Below are positions 51,938 through 61,212 of a DNA stretch of 64,000 nucleotides, in pieces. The translations under genes and the position numbers were made by a program. Position 1 is the stretch's first letter. Every line of letters begins with the position of its first letter. Source of the DNA: Leptobacterium flavescens (GTDB lineage: Bacteria; Bacteroidota; Bacteroidia; Flavobacteriales; Flavobacteriaceae); contig NZ_JAABOO010000003.1 in the NCBI RefSeq assembly GCF_010671605.1, forward strand, positions 311,993-375,992, read 5' to 3'. The notes below the pieces were generated by a model. The model made no database searches, had not been told where the DNA came from, and saw nothing but the letters and a program-made list of their open reading frames with translations.

Positions 51938-52040
51938 TAAACAGTTTAAGAAGAGAAGTTAAACAGTTTAAAGTAAAAGGTTAAACAACTTAAAAAGAAA
52001 GCTTAAACCATTTTTAAAGACTTGTTTAACCACTCTAAAA
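51938..52040. repeat. Array of 4-5 degenerate palindromic sites TTAAACnGTTTAA spaced about 21-22 bp apart
   Basis: gttaaacagtttaag / gttaaacagtttaaag / gttaaacaacttaaaaag / ttaaaccatttttaaag / gtttaaccactctaaaaaag. Stops in all frames. Confidence 0.7.
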
Positions 52041-52235
52041 AAGGCCCTGAATACAGGCGTTGCCAAAGGGCAAAAGAAACTTGTAATAGTTGAGAAAAAG
52101 ATTGTTATACAATACCCCTTCTCCCCGTGGGAGAAGGTCGGCCTGCCGAAAAGCAGGGCGGGATGAGGGATAGCCCTCACCTTAATCCTCTCCCATGGGG
52201 AGAGGAGATCATATATCAAAATTAGAATGGTAATA

Positions 52236-52272
52236 ACAAAAAAACGCCCCTTAAAAAAGAGGCGCTTTTCTA
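52236..52272 (-). terminator. Intrinsic terminator for the M16 peptidase gene (minus strand)
   Basis: Minus strand: gcgcctcttttttaaggggcg followed by ttttttt. Confidence 0.55.
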
Positions 52273-52291
52273 TTTTGATTAAAGGTTCCGA

Positions 52292-54361
52292 TTAGTTAAA
52301 ATCCTCATCAGAAACTCCTTCGTTTACTTTGATGTTCTTTACTTTGAACTCTACTTTCTGTGGTCCGAAAGACTGAGAAAGAATGAATGGGAACTGGATT
52401 CCGCCAACTTCTTTATAGTCTCCGTAAAGTACTGCCTGCTCGAACGATTGTCCGGCCTGCTCTATTTTGGTTACATCCTTTACTTTAAGCCCCGTCTCTA
52501 CGTCGTAGTAGCTGGTTCTTTTATCCGTAACCTTAATAGCATAGGCTTTTTTACCTTCAACATCCTCAACACCTTCTAAGGTAACATTTGCATCGTTAAG
52601 GTAGTTCAGTTCAGGGAAAGGAACCGATTGCTCTTTCAGGTCTCCCAGTTGCTCACCGGAAAGATCCTGACGCTGTCCCTGCTGTACCACATAACCTTTT
52701 TCTCCGTCATATACCTGCTTTACCAAAGAGTTTCCTGCCATTTTCATATCCATTGCAAACTTATTGGATGAAGTAGTCTTTAATTCCAGGTTTAAAACGA
52801 GTCCCTGAGTAGAAGCTTCCGCTGTAATAAATACAGAGTTCACTGCTTTTAATTTACTTTCTCCTCCAACGGCAGTAATGTATTTCTGGATCACGGATTT
52901 TGCAGATACATCTGCCGGAAGTGCAGCCTCGTAATTCGGCTTTTCCGCTTTAGCTCCGTATTTGTCATAGTACATTACCGGGATCTTCTTCCCGTTAAAT
53001 TTTACTTTTTCCAGGTTCTCAAGAACTTCTTTTCCTTTTCCAACCACTACGATCCTCGCATTGTTGATCTGGAAGTATTTTTTAGCAGCTCTCTGTACAT
53101 CCTCTTTAGTCACAGCATTGATATTGCTGAGGTAGTTCTTGTAGAAATCTTTTGGAAGACCTTCGGTTTCGATATTCAGCGCGTAACTCGCAATGGTTTG
53201 AGGTCTCTCAAGCGCAAGAACAAAATCACCTACGTATTTTGCCTTGGCATTTCTAAGATCTTCATCAGAAACAGGTTCTACCCCAATTCTGTTGATCTCA
53301 TCCAGAAAGGCCACTACGGCACTGTCTGTTACCATATTTCGTACACTTGCAGTAGCTCTGAAAGTAGAAGGTGCATTCTTATCGGTACCTATTCCCGAAT
53401 AAGCTCCGTAAGTATATCCTTTATCTTCTCTCAGGTTAAGGAATAATCTTGCTTCAGCACCACCACCAAGGATCTTGTTGGCAATAAGCGCAGGAAAATA
53501 ATCCTCATCCTTCATCTCAAGGTTGATGATATTCTGTACAGCCACTTCAGACTGAACCGCATTTGGCATATCTACAAAGTTGATCTGTGTATACTGTGCG
53601 TTTGAAGGCTTTGAATAGCTGTAGCTTGGCGGAACCGCTTTGGTCCAACTGCTAAAGTTCTTCTTTACCTGCTCCTGTACATGATCGAAATCTACATCTC
53701 CAATGACAACCAGGTAAGCATTAGCCGGTACAAAGTAGTTTCTGTAGAAATCCTTCACATCCTGAAGGTTTACATTGTTTACAGTTTCTTTAGTGGTAAA
53801 CTCCCCTTTAGGGTGGTTTTTACCGTAAGCCAGTACGTTACGCACCCTTCCTGCTACTGCAGGAACACTTTTCTCACCAGACTTCAGATTGTCTAGAAGA
53901 ATGGCTTTCTCCTTATCGAATTCTTCCTGGGTAAAGTTAGGATTGATAGCAGCATCTGCCATTAATTCCAGTACCCTGTCTCCGTATTTCGATAAACTTC
54001 CTGCAAATGCACCTCCGGAACCGAAATTGATAAAAGCTCCCAGATAATCCACTTCTTCATTAAAAGCATCTTTTTCTATGTTCTTAGACCCTTTTCCGAT
54101 CATGCTTCCGGTAAGGGCAGCTACACCAGCCTTGTCACCTTCTGCAATGGGTGGGTTATCAATAGTAAGTGAATAGGAAACTCTTGGAAGTTTGTGATTT
54201 TCAACCACCAATACCTTAAGTCCGTTACCCAGCTCGAAAGTCTTTGGAGTTCCGAGGTTGATCTCAGGTGCCGGCCCCGGCTTGGGCTGCTTTGACCTGT
54301 CTACTTGCGCATTCAGGGTGAAAGCGCTGATCAGTAATAAGCTAAATATTATCTTTTTCAT
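52292..54361 (-). CDS. M16-family peptidase-like protein, non-catalytic partner (no HxxEH)
   Basis: Signal peptide, two M16 C-terminal-like domains, lacks the zinc motif. Downstream of the active M16. Confidence 0.7.
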   Translation of the reverse strand: MKKIIFSLLLISAFTLNAQVDRSKQPKPGPAPEINLGTPKTFELGNGLKVLVVENHKLPRVSYSLTIDNPPIAEGDKAGVAALTGSMIGKGSKNIEKDAFNEEVDYLGAFINFGSGGAFAGSLSKYGDRVLELMADAAINPNFTQEEFDKEKAILLDNLKSGEKSVPAVAGRVRNVLAYGKNHPKGEFTTKETVNNVNLQDVKDFYRNYFVPANAYLVVIGDVDFDHVQEQVKKNFSSWTKAVPPSYSYSKPSNAQYTQINFVDMPNAVQSEVAVQNIINLEMKDEDYFPALIANKILGGGAEARLFLNLREDKGYTYGAYSGIGTDKNAPSTFRATASVRNMVTDSAVVAFLDEINRIGVEPVSDEDLRNAKAKYVGDFVLALERPQTIASYALNIETEGLPKDFYKNYLSNINAVTKEDVQRAAKKYFQINNARIVVVGKGKEVLENLEKVKFNGKKIPVMYYDKYGAKAEKPNYEAALPADVSAKSVIQKYITAVGGESKLKAVNSVFITAEASTQGLVLNLELKTTSSNKFAMDMKMAGNSLVKQVYDGEKGYVVQQGQRQDLSGEQLGDLKEQSVPFPELNYLNDANVTLEGVEDVEGKKAYAIKVTDKRTSYYDVETGLKVKDVTKIEQAGQSFEQAVLYGDYKEVGGIQFPFILSQSFGPQKVEFKVKNIKVNEGVSDEDFN

Positions 54362-54492
54362 CTGTTCGATATTTTCATTTTGTTGGAAATGAAGGAAATA
54401 AAAATTTCTTCACATTCAGGAATTCGCTTAAAAAATTTAATCATGTTAATTGGACTATAATGATGAAATTTGTTTACGCTCATTTCATTTCC

Positions 54493-55815
54493 TTATTTTT
54501 CTGTTTTTTCTTTAGGTAAATATTCCAGTAGTAATCGCTGGTTAGGCTTTAAATACTTGTTTGCAACTTCTTTGATATCTTCTCTGGTGATAGATCTGTA
54601 GATATCGATCTCAGAGTTGATAAGATTAGTATCTCCGTACAGCATGTGGTATCTGGCCAAAGAATTGGCAATTCCCGAGATGCTTGAATTAGAGTTTACA
54701 AACTGGTTTTCAAACTGGTTCTGAAGTTTCTGATAATCTTTTTCTGAGATCAGTTCGGTCTGGATCTTAACGATCTCATCATCCATCTCTTTAAGAATAT
54801 CCTTTAGGGAGTTGCTTCCGAGTGGCAATGCAAAAAGTGCATATACTCCGTAGTCTTCCTGGCTCAGGTTTACCGCCTGAACAGCCAGTGCCATTTTCTT
54901 CTCGTCTACGATCTTTTTGTAGAGCTTGGAACTGTTACCCTGACTCAAATAAGAAGAGATCATATCCAGTACCCTGGCATCTCTGGTCTTAAAGGAAGGA
55001 GTTCTGTAGCAGGCAATGATAGCCGGGATCTGAATATTAGGATCGTAAGCCTTGGCCTCATACTGAGAAGTGATCGGATCTTCCTTTGGGAAGTTACGGG
55101 TTACCTCTTTTCCTCTTGGAATAGGCCCGAAATAATCCTTAACCATTTTTTTGGTCTTGGCAATATCTATATCACCGGCCACTACCAATACAGCATTGTT
55201 AGGCACATAGAATTTCTTGTTAAACGCAAGGAATTCATCGAGGGTAGCTGCATCAAGATGATCCAGGGAACCGATAGTAGCCCATCTGTAAGGGTGTTTT
55301 TTAAAGATGTTCTTTTTTACTTCTGCAAGGATATTCCCGTAAGGTTGATTATCAACGCGAAGTCTTTTTTCTTCTTTAACCACCTCGTTCTGGGTATCTA
55401 CCCCGATCTGGTTAATAATAGGATGAAGCATTCTTTCGGATTCCATCCACAGACCTAATTCCAGGTTGTTGGAAGGGAATACCTCAAAATAGTAAGTTCT
55501 GTCGTCAGTAGTGTTTGCATTGTTGCTTCCTCCGTTAGCGGTAACGATCTTAAACCATTCTCCGCGTTCGATGTTTTCGGTACCTTCGAAAAGAAGGTGC
55601 TCAAAGAAGTGCGCGAATCCCGTACGTTCCGGATCTTCATCTTTAGCTCCCACGTGGTACATCACCGAAGTGGTAACCACCGGAGCCGTATTATCCTGAT
55701 GCAGGATGACGTGCAATCCGTTGTCAAGATCGTATTCTTCAAAAGTTACTTGCTGCGCACCGGCCGTAAAGCTCAGGATGGCTGCAGAAGCAAATAGTGT
55801 TAATTGTTTTTTCAT
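54493..55815 (-). CDS. M16-family zinc peptidase (insulinase/pitrilysin-like), active subunit
   Basis: Signal peptide. Inverted zinc motif HFFEHLLFEGT…E. Confidence 0.85.
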   Translation of the reverse strand: MKKQLTLFASAAILSFTAGAQQVTFEEYDLDNGLHVILHQDNTAPVVTTSVMYHVGAKDEDPERTGFAHFFEHLLFEGTENIERGEWFKIVTANGGSNNANTTDDRTYYFEVFPSNNLELGLWMESERMLHPIINQIGVDTQNEVVKEEKRLRVDNQPYGNILAEVKKNIFKKHPYRWATIGSLDHLDAATLDEFLAFNKKFYVPNNAVLVVAGDIDIAKTKKMVKDYFGPIPRGKEVTRNFPKEDPITSQYEAKAYDPNIQIPAIIACYRTPSFKTRDARVLDMISSYLSQGNSSKLYKKIVDEKKMALAVQAVNLSQEDYGVYALFALPLGSNSLKDILKEMDDEIVKIQTELISEKDYQKLQNQFENQFVNSNSSISGIANSLARYHMLYGDTNLINSEIDIYRSITREDIKEVANKYLKPNQRLLLEYLPKEKTEK

Positions 55816-56026
55816 TCTGTAAATAACTTAGTGTTTTTATTCAGCTGTTTGACTAAGCATGATCGTAAATGTTACAATATTTAACAATCAATTTAGACAC
55901 CAACAAATTTAGCTATTTCGGAGGGTTTCTTCCCCCTGGGAAACGAAAAAAATGAATATTGAATAAAGACCCTCTCGATTTTTTTTAGTATTTTAAAGCT
56001 GAAAACCAGTTAAATACGAAAAGCTT

Positions 56027-56491
56027 ATGAACGTACAAAGGATTCACATTCGTTATGGTTTGATCATTGCCATAGTGTTGATTGCATATTTTTTGATCGT
56101 TAAATTATTCGGCCTTCACGAAAATATCTGGCTCAGAGTAATAAATGGTGTTATTGTTGCTTACGGAATTTATGCGGCTATCCGGTTCCGGAGATTGGTG
56201 GAAAAAGATCAGTTTGATTATTACAAAGGATTTAAGACAGGTTTACTGACCGGCTTTATAGCAACCCTGGTTTTTGTGTTCTTCATGTCGGTTTATATGT
56301 TTCATATAGACCCTTCTTTTCCGGCTACGATCATGGAGAGCTGGATGAGGGATTATCATCAGGGTCCCGGGATCTTGCTCTTTGTCCTGGCTATTGAAGG
56401 TTTTGCATCTACGGTAGTGCTCACACTTACTTTTATGCAAAAGTTCAAACCCAGCTGGAATATGTCAAAAAAAGCAGCTCAAAAGGCCTAA
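56027..56491 (+). CDS. DUF4199-like small membrane protein
   Basis: Four TM helices, 154 aa. Confidence 0.45.
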   Translation: MNVQRIHIRYGLIIAIVLIAYFLIVKLFGLHENIWLRVINGVIVAYGIYAAIRFRRLVEKDQFDYYKGFKTGLLTGFIATLVFVFFMSVYMFHIDPSFPATIMESWMRDYHQGPGILLFVLAIEGFASTVVLTLTFMQKFKPSWNMSKKAAQKA

Positions 56492-56587
56492 AACATTTGC
56501 AGTTTAATGAATTAGCAGTATATTTGCACCCGCCTATAGGAATAGGTATGTTCATTTTATAACAATAATTTAATTAAACGATACGCT

Positions 56588-57166
56588 ATGTATGCAATTG
56601 TAGAGATAGCAGGGCAGCAATTTAAAGTTGCGAAAGACCAAAAAGTATTCGTTCATCGTTTAGCTACAGAAGAAGGGAAGAAAGTTACTTTCGATAACGT
56701 TCTTTTGTTGGATGATAACGGGAAAGTTACTGTTGGCGCCCCGGCTATAGACGGAGCCGCTGTTGAGGCTAAAGTCGTAAAGCACCTTAAAGGTGATAAA
56801 GTGATTGTCTTTAAAAAGAAAAGACGTAAGGGATACCGTGTAAAGAACGGACACCGTCAGTCTTTAACAGAGATCACAATTGAGGGTATCCTTGCTTCCG
56901 GAGCTAAAAAATCTGCGGCTAAGCCAAAAGCAGAGAAAGCTGCTCCTAAGAAAGAAGAAGCAAAGAAGGAAACTAAAGCTAAAGCTGCAGCACCAAAAGC
57001 TAAAGCGGAAGCTCCAAAGAAAGCAGCACCTAAAAAAGCAGCTGCTGCTACTGAAGACTTGAGCAAGAAAACTGTTGCCGAGTTAAAGGAAATGGCAAAA
57101 AGCAAAGGAATTGAAGGGATCTCTTCAATGAAAAAAGCTGACCTTATTGCCGCTTTAAGTAAATAA
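56588..57166 (+). CDS. rplU: 50S ribosomal protein L21 with Lys/Ala-rich C-terminal extension
   Basis: [14 protein letters not shown]… core of about 100 aa. Then an AKKAA/PKK-rich tail ending in a Rho-N-like [19 protein letters not shown]…KADLIAAL motif. Confidence 0.85.
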   Translation: MYAIVEIAGQQFKVAKDQKVFVHRLATEEGKKVTFDNVLLLDDNGKVTVGAPAIDGAAVEAKVVKHLKGDKVIVFKKKRRKGYRVKNGHRQSLTEITIEGILASGAKKSAAKPKAEKAAPKKEEAKKETKAKAAAPKAKAEAPKKAAPKKAAAATEDLSKKTVAELKEMAKSKGIEGISSMKKADLIAALSK

Positions 57167-57188
57167 TTAAGAATAAAAACGAAATAAA

Positions 57189-57449
57189 ATGGCTCACAAG
57201 AAAGGTGTCGGTAGTTCCAAGAACGGTAGAGAATCAGAATCGAAACGCTTAGGGGTAAAGATCTATGGCGGACAGGCTGCAATTGCCGGGAACATCATCA
57301 TTAGACAACGTGGTACAGCTCACCACCCGGGTGAGAATGTATACATGGGAAAAGACCATACATTACATGCCAAAGTTGATGGTATTGTAAAATTCACAAA
57401 AAAGAAGAATAACAAATCTTATGTTTCTATCGAGCCCTTTGAGGCTTAA
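57189..57449 (+). CDS. rpmA: 50S ribosomal protein L27
   Basis: [24 protein letters not shown]…. Confidence 0.95.
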   Translation: MAHKKGVGSSKNGRESESKRLGVKIYGGQAAIAGNIIIRQRGTAHHPGENVYMGKDHTLHAKVDGIVKFTKKKNNKSYVSIEPFEA

Positions 57450-57477
57450 GAAACAAGCTGTTATTTAAAAGATAGAG

Positions 57478-57509
57478 AACCTCTTCCGGAAACGGAGGAG
57501 GTTTTTTTG
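57478..57509 (+). terminator. Rho-independent terminator after rplU-rpmA
   Basis: cctcttccggaaacggaggagg followed by ttttttt. Confidence 0.7.
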
Positions 57510-57526
57510 TTATAACTACCCTGGTT

Positions 57527-57564
57527 CTCCTGTCATCCTGAGCGCAGTCGAAGGAAAAGGAGGG
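57527..57564 (+). repeat. Partial copy C (5' hairpin module only) of the intergenic repeat
   Basis: ctcctgtcatcctgagcgcagtcgaaggaaaaggaggg, identical to 11388-11426. Confidence 0.75.
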
Positions 57565-57634
57565 GAGTACAGATAAAGAGGAAGGGTTAATCTCTGTTGT
57601 AACAGGAAAATTAAATACTACTCAATAAGTTTTG

Positions 57635-57850
57635 TCAGTCCTCGTATCCACACAAAGTCCTTCCTATTTTTTTGGCTTTGCTCAATGGCATTTTAACAAT
57701 CTTGGCTTTACATCGGGAAAGTCCCCTGCAGTCTTTTCTAAAGTGATAGCGTTTGCTGTTTTTGCTGGCGCAAATATAAACCTCGGGATCTTCTGGAGTT
57801 CCAAAAGAAAATGAAACTAGAATGACCATCAGAAAAATTAATTTTTTCAT
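57635..57850 (-). CDS. Small secreted Cys-containing protein (YHxxxC…GxxxC motif)
   Basis: Signal peptide MKKLIFLMVILVSFSFG. …KRYHFRKDCRGLSRCK…GRTLCGYED. Confidence 0.35.
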   Translation of the reverse strand: MKKLIFLMVILVSFSFGTPEDPEVYICASKNSKRYHFRKDCRGLSRCKAKIVKMPLSKAKKIGRTLCGYED

Positions 57851-58078
57851 TGCTTTAAATTTTTGGTTGATCTTATCTATACATTCCGTTTTTAACGGAA
57901 AGTTCTATAATTGGTCATCTGTAACCGCTAATGCAGTTCCTCTTTTGATCATTTACTTAAAGGTAATTCGATTCCGGGCTAATTTCTTGCTTTACTCTGT
58001 AAGGAGTCAAAGAAATCGATAAACAAAGAGTGTAGTTATTCAGCAACACCTTTGACCCTCATTGGGTTAGCTGTGTTG

Positions 58079-59143
58079 TTATTCTAATTTATCCTTTATG
58101 TAATAATCAATAGTGGTTAATAGTTGTTCTTCAAATCCGTAAATATCATCGACCGATTGAATAAGTTCTCTGGTTTCATCCTTGGATTCATTAAAAAGAC
58201 CGATGTACTTTTTTCCACCGTTTAGATGGAGTCTGCATAGAGGTTTTCTATTATTGTTGTCTAAAAGAACCCCAAAATAAGATTGAGTATCACGATGAGA
58301 GATTCTATCAATAGAGATCTTACGCCTGAGAATAGCCACTACTACTCTAAAACCTTCCATCTCTTCTTCAGTAGTAACTACTTTGCTTTGTCCATCTTCA
58401 TTGGTAACTTCTTCTTCGTGTTGTTTTTCGGCTTCCTTATTAATAGCAGCGCTTAAGCGATCATTTACCTTATCACTAATAATTTGATTAGAAGCTTTAT
58501 GGACAAGTTCTGTGAACTCTTCCATAACTTTTTCGGTCAACCTGCCAGGATACACTTCTGAAGCAAAAAGCCGTACAAAATCCGGAGAGGGCGTTTGCAG
58601 TTCTTTATTGATTAATTTTTTGATTTCCCTGGTATATTTTAAAGCACTGGCATTGTTCACTATTTTGTTTACATCGAAATGAGACTTATGGAACTTTGAG
58701 ATCTCATGAATGGTATTTTCTTTTAATCTGGTGATATCAAATTCCAGAAAAGGCTTTTTATCCATTTTATTTTTTTCTTCCAGATCAGTAAAGAACTGAT
58801 ATTCTATTCCGTTGGTAAGGACTGCAAAACGTGTTTTTGTTACGTGGAAATATCGGAATAGTTGAGAATTATGGTCATTTAGATCTTCCTTCCAATGCTT
58901 GCATTCCATGATCAGAATGGGGTTACCTTCCTGAAAAATAGCATAATCTACTTTTTCACCTTTTTTTAACCCTAAATCAGCAGTGAATTCAGGAACTACT
59001 TCGGTTGGATTAAAGGTATCATAGCCTAACAGGTTAATAAAGGGTAATACAAAAGCGTGTTTAGTCGATTCTTCGGTTTCTATTTTATCTTTTAGCTGAT
59101 CTATTTTTTCAGCAAGCAGTTTAAATTGATTAGTTAGTTCCAT
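58079..59143 (-). CDS. PD-(D/E)xK nuclease-fold protein resembling the type I restriction HsdR N-terminal domain (stand-alone)
   Basis: …VDYAIFQEGNPILIMECKHWK…: D…ExK motif. No helicase domains. Confidence 0.65.
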   Translation of the reverse strand: MELTNQFKLLAEKIDQLKDKIETEESTKHAFVLPFINLLGYDTFNPTEVVPEFTADLGLKKGEKVDYAIFQEGNPILIMECKHWKEDLNDHNSQLFRYFHVTKTRFAVLTNGIEYQFFTDLEEKNKMDKKPFLEFDITRLKENTIHEISKFHKSHFDVNKIVNNASALKYTREIKKLINKELQTPSPDFVRLFASEVYPGRLTEKVMEEFTELVHKASNQIISDKVNDRLSAAINKEAEKQHEEEVTNEDGQSKVVTTEEEMEGFRVVVAILRRKISIDRISHRDTQSYFGVLLDNNNRKPLCRLHLNGGKKYIGLFNESKDETRELIQSVDDIYGFEEQLLTTIDYYIKDKLE

Positions 59144-59146
59144 GAT

Positions 59147-59683
59147 TTAAGTAAGCTGTTTTTTTGCAATTTCAAGCAATTCTAATAATTTATAAAAGTC
59201 ATCTCTTTTCAAAAGAACAAATGATTTGTTGTCGTGTTTTTTAATTTGTAAAAATGTTCCCCATTCATTTCTACTAAAGAAACACCCTGCTTGAAAACCG
59301 CTTCGACTTTTAAAGTTTATTTCAGTATAATTCTTGGGCACCGAACCAAAAACATTATCTCTAATAATAATAATTGATTTAATTAGGCCATCTAATTCAT
59401 CTATATCCAGAGATGCTACTTTTGTGCCTGAAGAATATTTGTTGATAGTTCTTTTTTCAAACCTCAAAGCACTAAGTGATTCACCAGATATCATATCTGT
59501 AAATTGAATGATCTTAAGCTCTATACCTTCTACTTTTCCAATATCTATGGATACTTTTTTAATTAAAGTTCCTGACTTTGAAGAAAAAAGTTCCGCTTTA
59601 CTTAAGTCATTTTGTTTAGATTCGTTTTGTCCTAAAATGATGTTTATTGTTAGAAGATAACAGAGTAGTATTAGTTTTTTCAT
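59147..59683 (-). CDS. Secreted hypothetical protein
   Basis: Signal peptide MKKLILLCYLLTINIILGQ. The ORF track extends to 59707, which would overlap the HNH gene. Same-strand chain with both neighbours. Confidence 0.4.
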   Translation of the reverse strand: MKKLILLCYLLTINIILGQNESKQNDLSKAELFSSKSGTLIKKVSIDIGKVEGIELKIIQFTDMISGESLSALRFEKRTINKYSSGTKVASLDIDELDGLIKSIIIIRDNVFGSVPKNYTEINFKSRSGFQAGCFFSRNEWGTFLQIKKHDNKSFVLLKRDDFYKLLELLEIAKKQLT

Positions 59684-59694
59684 GGCGATTGATT

Positions 59695-60033
59695 TTAACA
59701 TATCCAATTAAGTTGATCCCCTTTTTTTGCATTATTCTCCCATTGCAATGGTTGCAAATTGTCGAATTCATCACCCCCTCCGTTTGAAACCGGATTAATA
59801 TGATCTATTTCCCATCCGTATTGTGAATTTCTATTTCCATGCTCAGACCATTTTATAATGCTTTCACATTTATCTTTTCTGAATTCATTTGGCGATTTCC
59901 CAGGGACTATTTTCCCATCTTCCCAGACTAGTCTTATTTGACTTTCCGTCCAACTTCCACCGTTACTGTCGGTGTTTGTTTGTCTCATCATTTTTGTTGT
60001 GTTTTTAAATTGGTACATCAAACCTATAACCAT
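59695..60033 (-). CDS. HNH endonuclease-domain protein (small, stand-alone)
   Basis: …GWEIDHINPVSNGGGDEFDNLQPLQWENNAKKGD. Confidence 0.6.
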   Translation of the reverse strand: MVIGLMYQFKNTTKMMRQTNTDSNGGSWTESQIRLVWEDGKIVPGKSPNEFRKDKCESIIKWSEHGNRNSQYGWEIDHINPVSNGGGDEFDNLQPLQWENNAKKGDQLNWIC

Positions 60034-60112
60034 TAAAAGAGAATCCCTTACGGAAATCCGTAAGGGATCATTATTTCAACAAATAAGAGTTTAATAAAAA
60101 GCTCTGTAGATT

Positions 60113-60409
60113 TTAGCGAAGTCCTGCATTCTTTGCTTCCTTCTTTTCAATCTCCTTCCATTTATTATAGTTCTCCTTATCATTTGCCATTAGGTATGCC
60201 TGTGCCGTTAAACCTGCCTGCAAATATGCATCCATAGCATCTCCGTTTTCCTTTGCAATTTTGTATTGCTCTTCAGAATCTCTGGCTAACTCATTTTCAA
60301 TTCTATCCAATTCCATATCCGTAAAACTTTCAGCTCCGCAGTATAGAATAAGATTGATCAATACAATGAGGATTATTGTTCCGATTCCGATCTTTACACT
60401 TTTTTTCAT
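60113..60409 (-). CDS. Small secreted/lipoprotein hypothetical
   Basis: Signal peptide and Cys (…LILYCGAES). Confidence 0.3.
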   Translation of the reverse strand: MKKSVKIGIGTIILIVLINLILYCGAESFTDMELDRIENELARDSEEQYKIAKENGDAMDAYLQAGLTAQAYLMANDKENYNKWKEIEKKEAKNAGLR

Positions 60410-60530
60410 TATTAGATTTATTAATGATTAAACAAATACTTTAGTGATTCAAACTTAAGCTCACCGAAAAAAAATCCCTTACGGTATTTAGTAAGGGATA
60501 CAACTATTTGTTTAAAAGAATTAAAAAAGA

Positions 60531-61196
60531 TCAGATCAATCCCATATCCTTTATGATGGATACCAGGTGGGTAGAATTCCTGGCTTTAAAATGGATCTTT
60601 AATTTGTTAAGACGTTTTTCTATGGTACTGGTACTGTTGGGATATTCTCCCTTCTTTTTAAGATAATCGCCTATTTCTTCCTGGCGAAAACCATCGGAAA
60701 GCAGTTTAACCAGGCGGATGTCATAAGGAGAGATCTCTACCACATTTTTTTTGGTCAAGGCATCGGCAACTTCCGAAGAAATGTATTTTTTATGATTATA
60801 AACATCTACGACAGCATTTTTTAGTTCTTCAGACCCCTTCCGGCCTTTACATACATAAGCGTCGATCTGTAATTCATCAAAAAGCTTCCGGATCTTCTGA
60901 GGCCGGTCTTCTACCGAAAAGATAATAACTTTTAAATCCGGACTTTCCTCTTTTAAGGCTTTGATAAGTTCTTCCCCCGAAGGGTATTTTTGTTCGCGAT
61001 GGTCCTGTTTAAAGGAAAGATCACTAATAAGCAGTTCAAAAGGAGATCCGTCCAATTCTGCCCTTTTAACCTTTATATACGCATCGTCACAGTACTGGGC
61101 AAAAACCGGTTCGGGCATCCCGAGTTCATTAAAAACAGAGGCTACTCCCCGGTTAATATTCTCCAAATCTTCAGCAACCAATACTTTTTTAAACAT
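60531..61196 (-). CDS. LuxR/NarL-family response regulator
   Basis: REC domain (VLVAEDL…, LLISDLSF Asp). C-terminal GerE-type HTH. Confidence 0.85.
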   Translation of the reverse strand: MFKKVLVAEDLENINRGVASVFNELGMPEPVFAQYCDDAYIKVKRAELDGSPFELLISDLSFKQDHREQKYPSGEELIKALKEESPDLKVIIFSVEDRPQKIRKLFDELQIDAYVCKGRKGSEELKNAVVDVYNHKKYISSEVADALTKKNVVEISPYDIRLVKLLSDGFRQEEIGDYLKKKGEYPNSTSTIEKRLNKLKIHFKARNSTHLVSIIKDMGLI

Positions 61197-61212
61197 ATAC
61201 TATTACTTTTAA

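Noticed and set aside
51968-52219. 83-aa minus-strand ORF in the 51.6-52.3 kb intergenic region
   Set aside because: It runs through the tandem palindromes and GC hairpins, which looks like accidental ORF-closing. There is no ribosome-binding context or motifs, and the region is better explained as structural or regulatory DNA.
51586-52291. tmRNA, RNase P RNA or a CRISPR array in the large gene-free region
   Set aside because: There is no tag-peptide reading frame ending …ALAA*, no GGAAAGUCCGGGCUCC-type RNase P core, and no acceptor-like termini. The tandem units are contiguous near-identical palindromes without unique spacers, so it is not CRISPR.
56857-57282. 141-aa minus-strand ORF antisense to rplU (Ala/Phe-rich)
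   Set aside because: It mirrors the GC-rich Lys/Ala codons of the rplU tail. There is no independent support.
57700-57730. gggaaagtcccc resembling the RNase P RNA GGAAAGUCC core
   Set aside because: It is an isolated 9-mer inside a coding or AT-rich context without the flanking P4/P2 helices, so it is a chance match.
57632-58022. Two 60-66-aa + strand ORFs between rpmA and the HsdR-N-like gene
   Set aside because: They overlap the more plausible minus-strand signal-peptide ORF (57635-57850) and have no start context or motifs. They are likely noise in an AT-rich acquired stretch.
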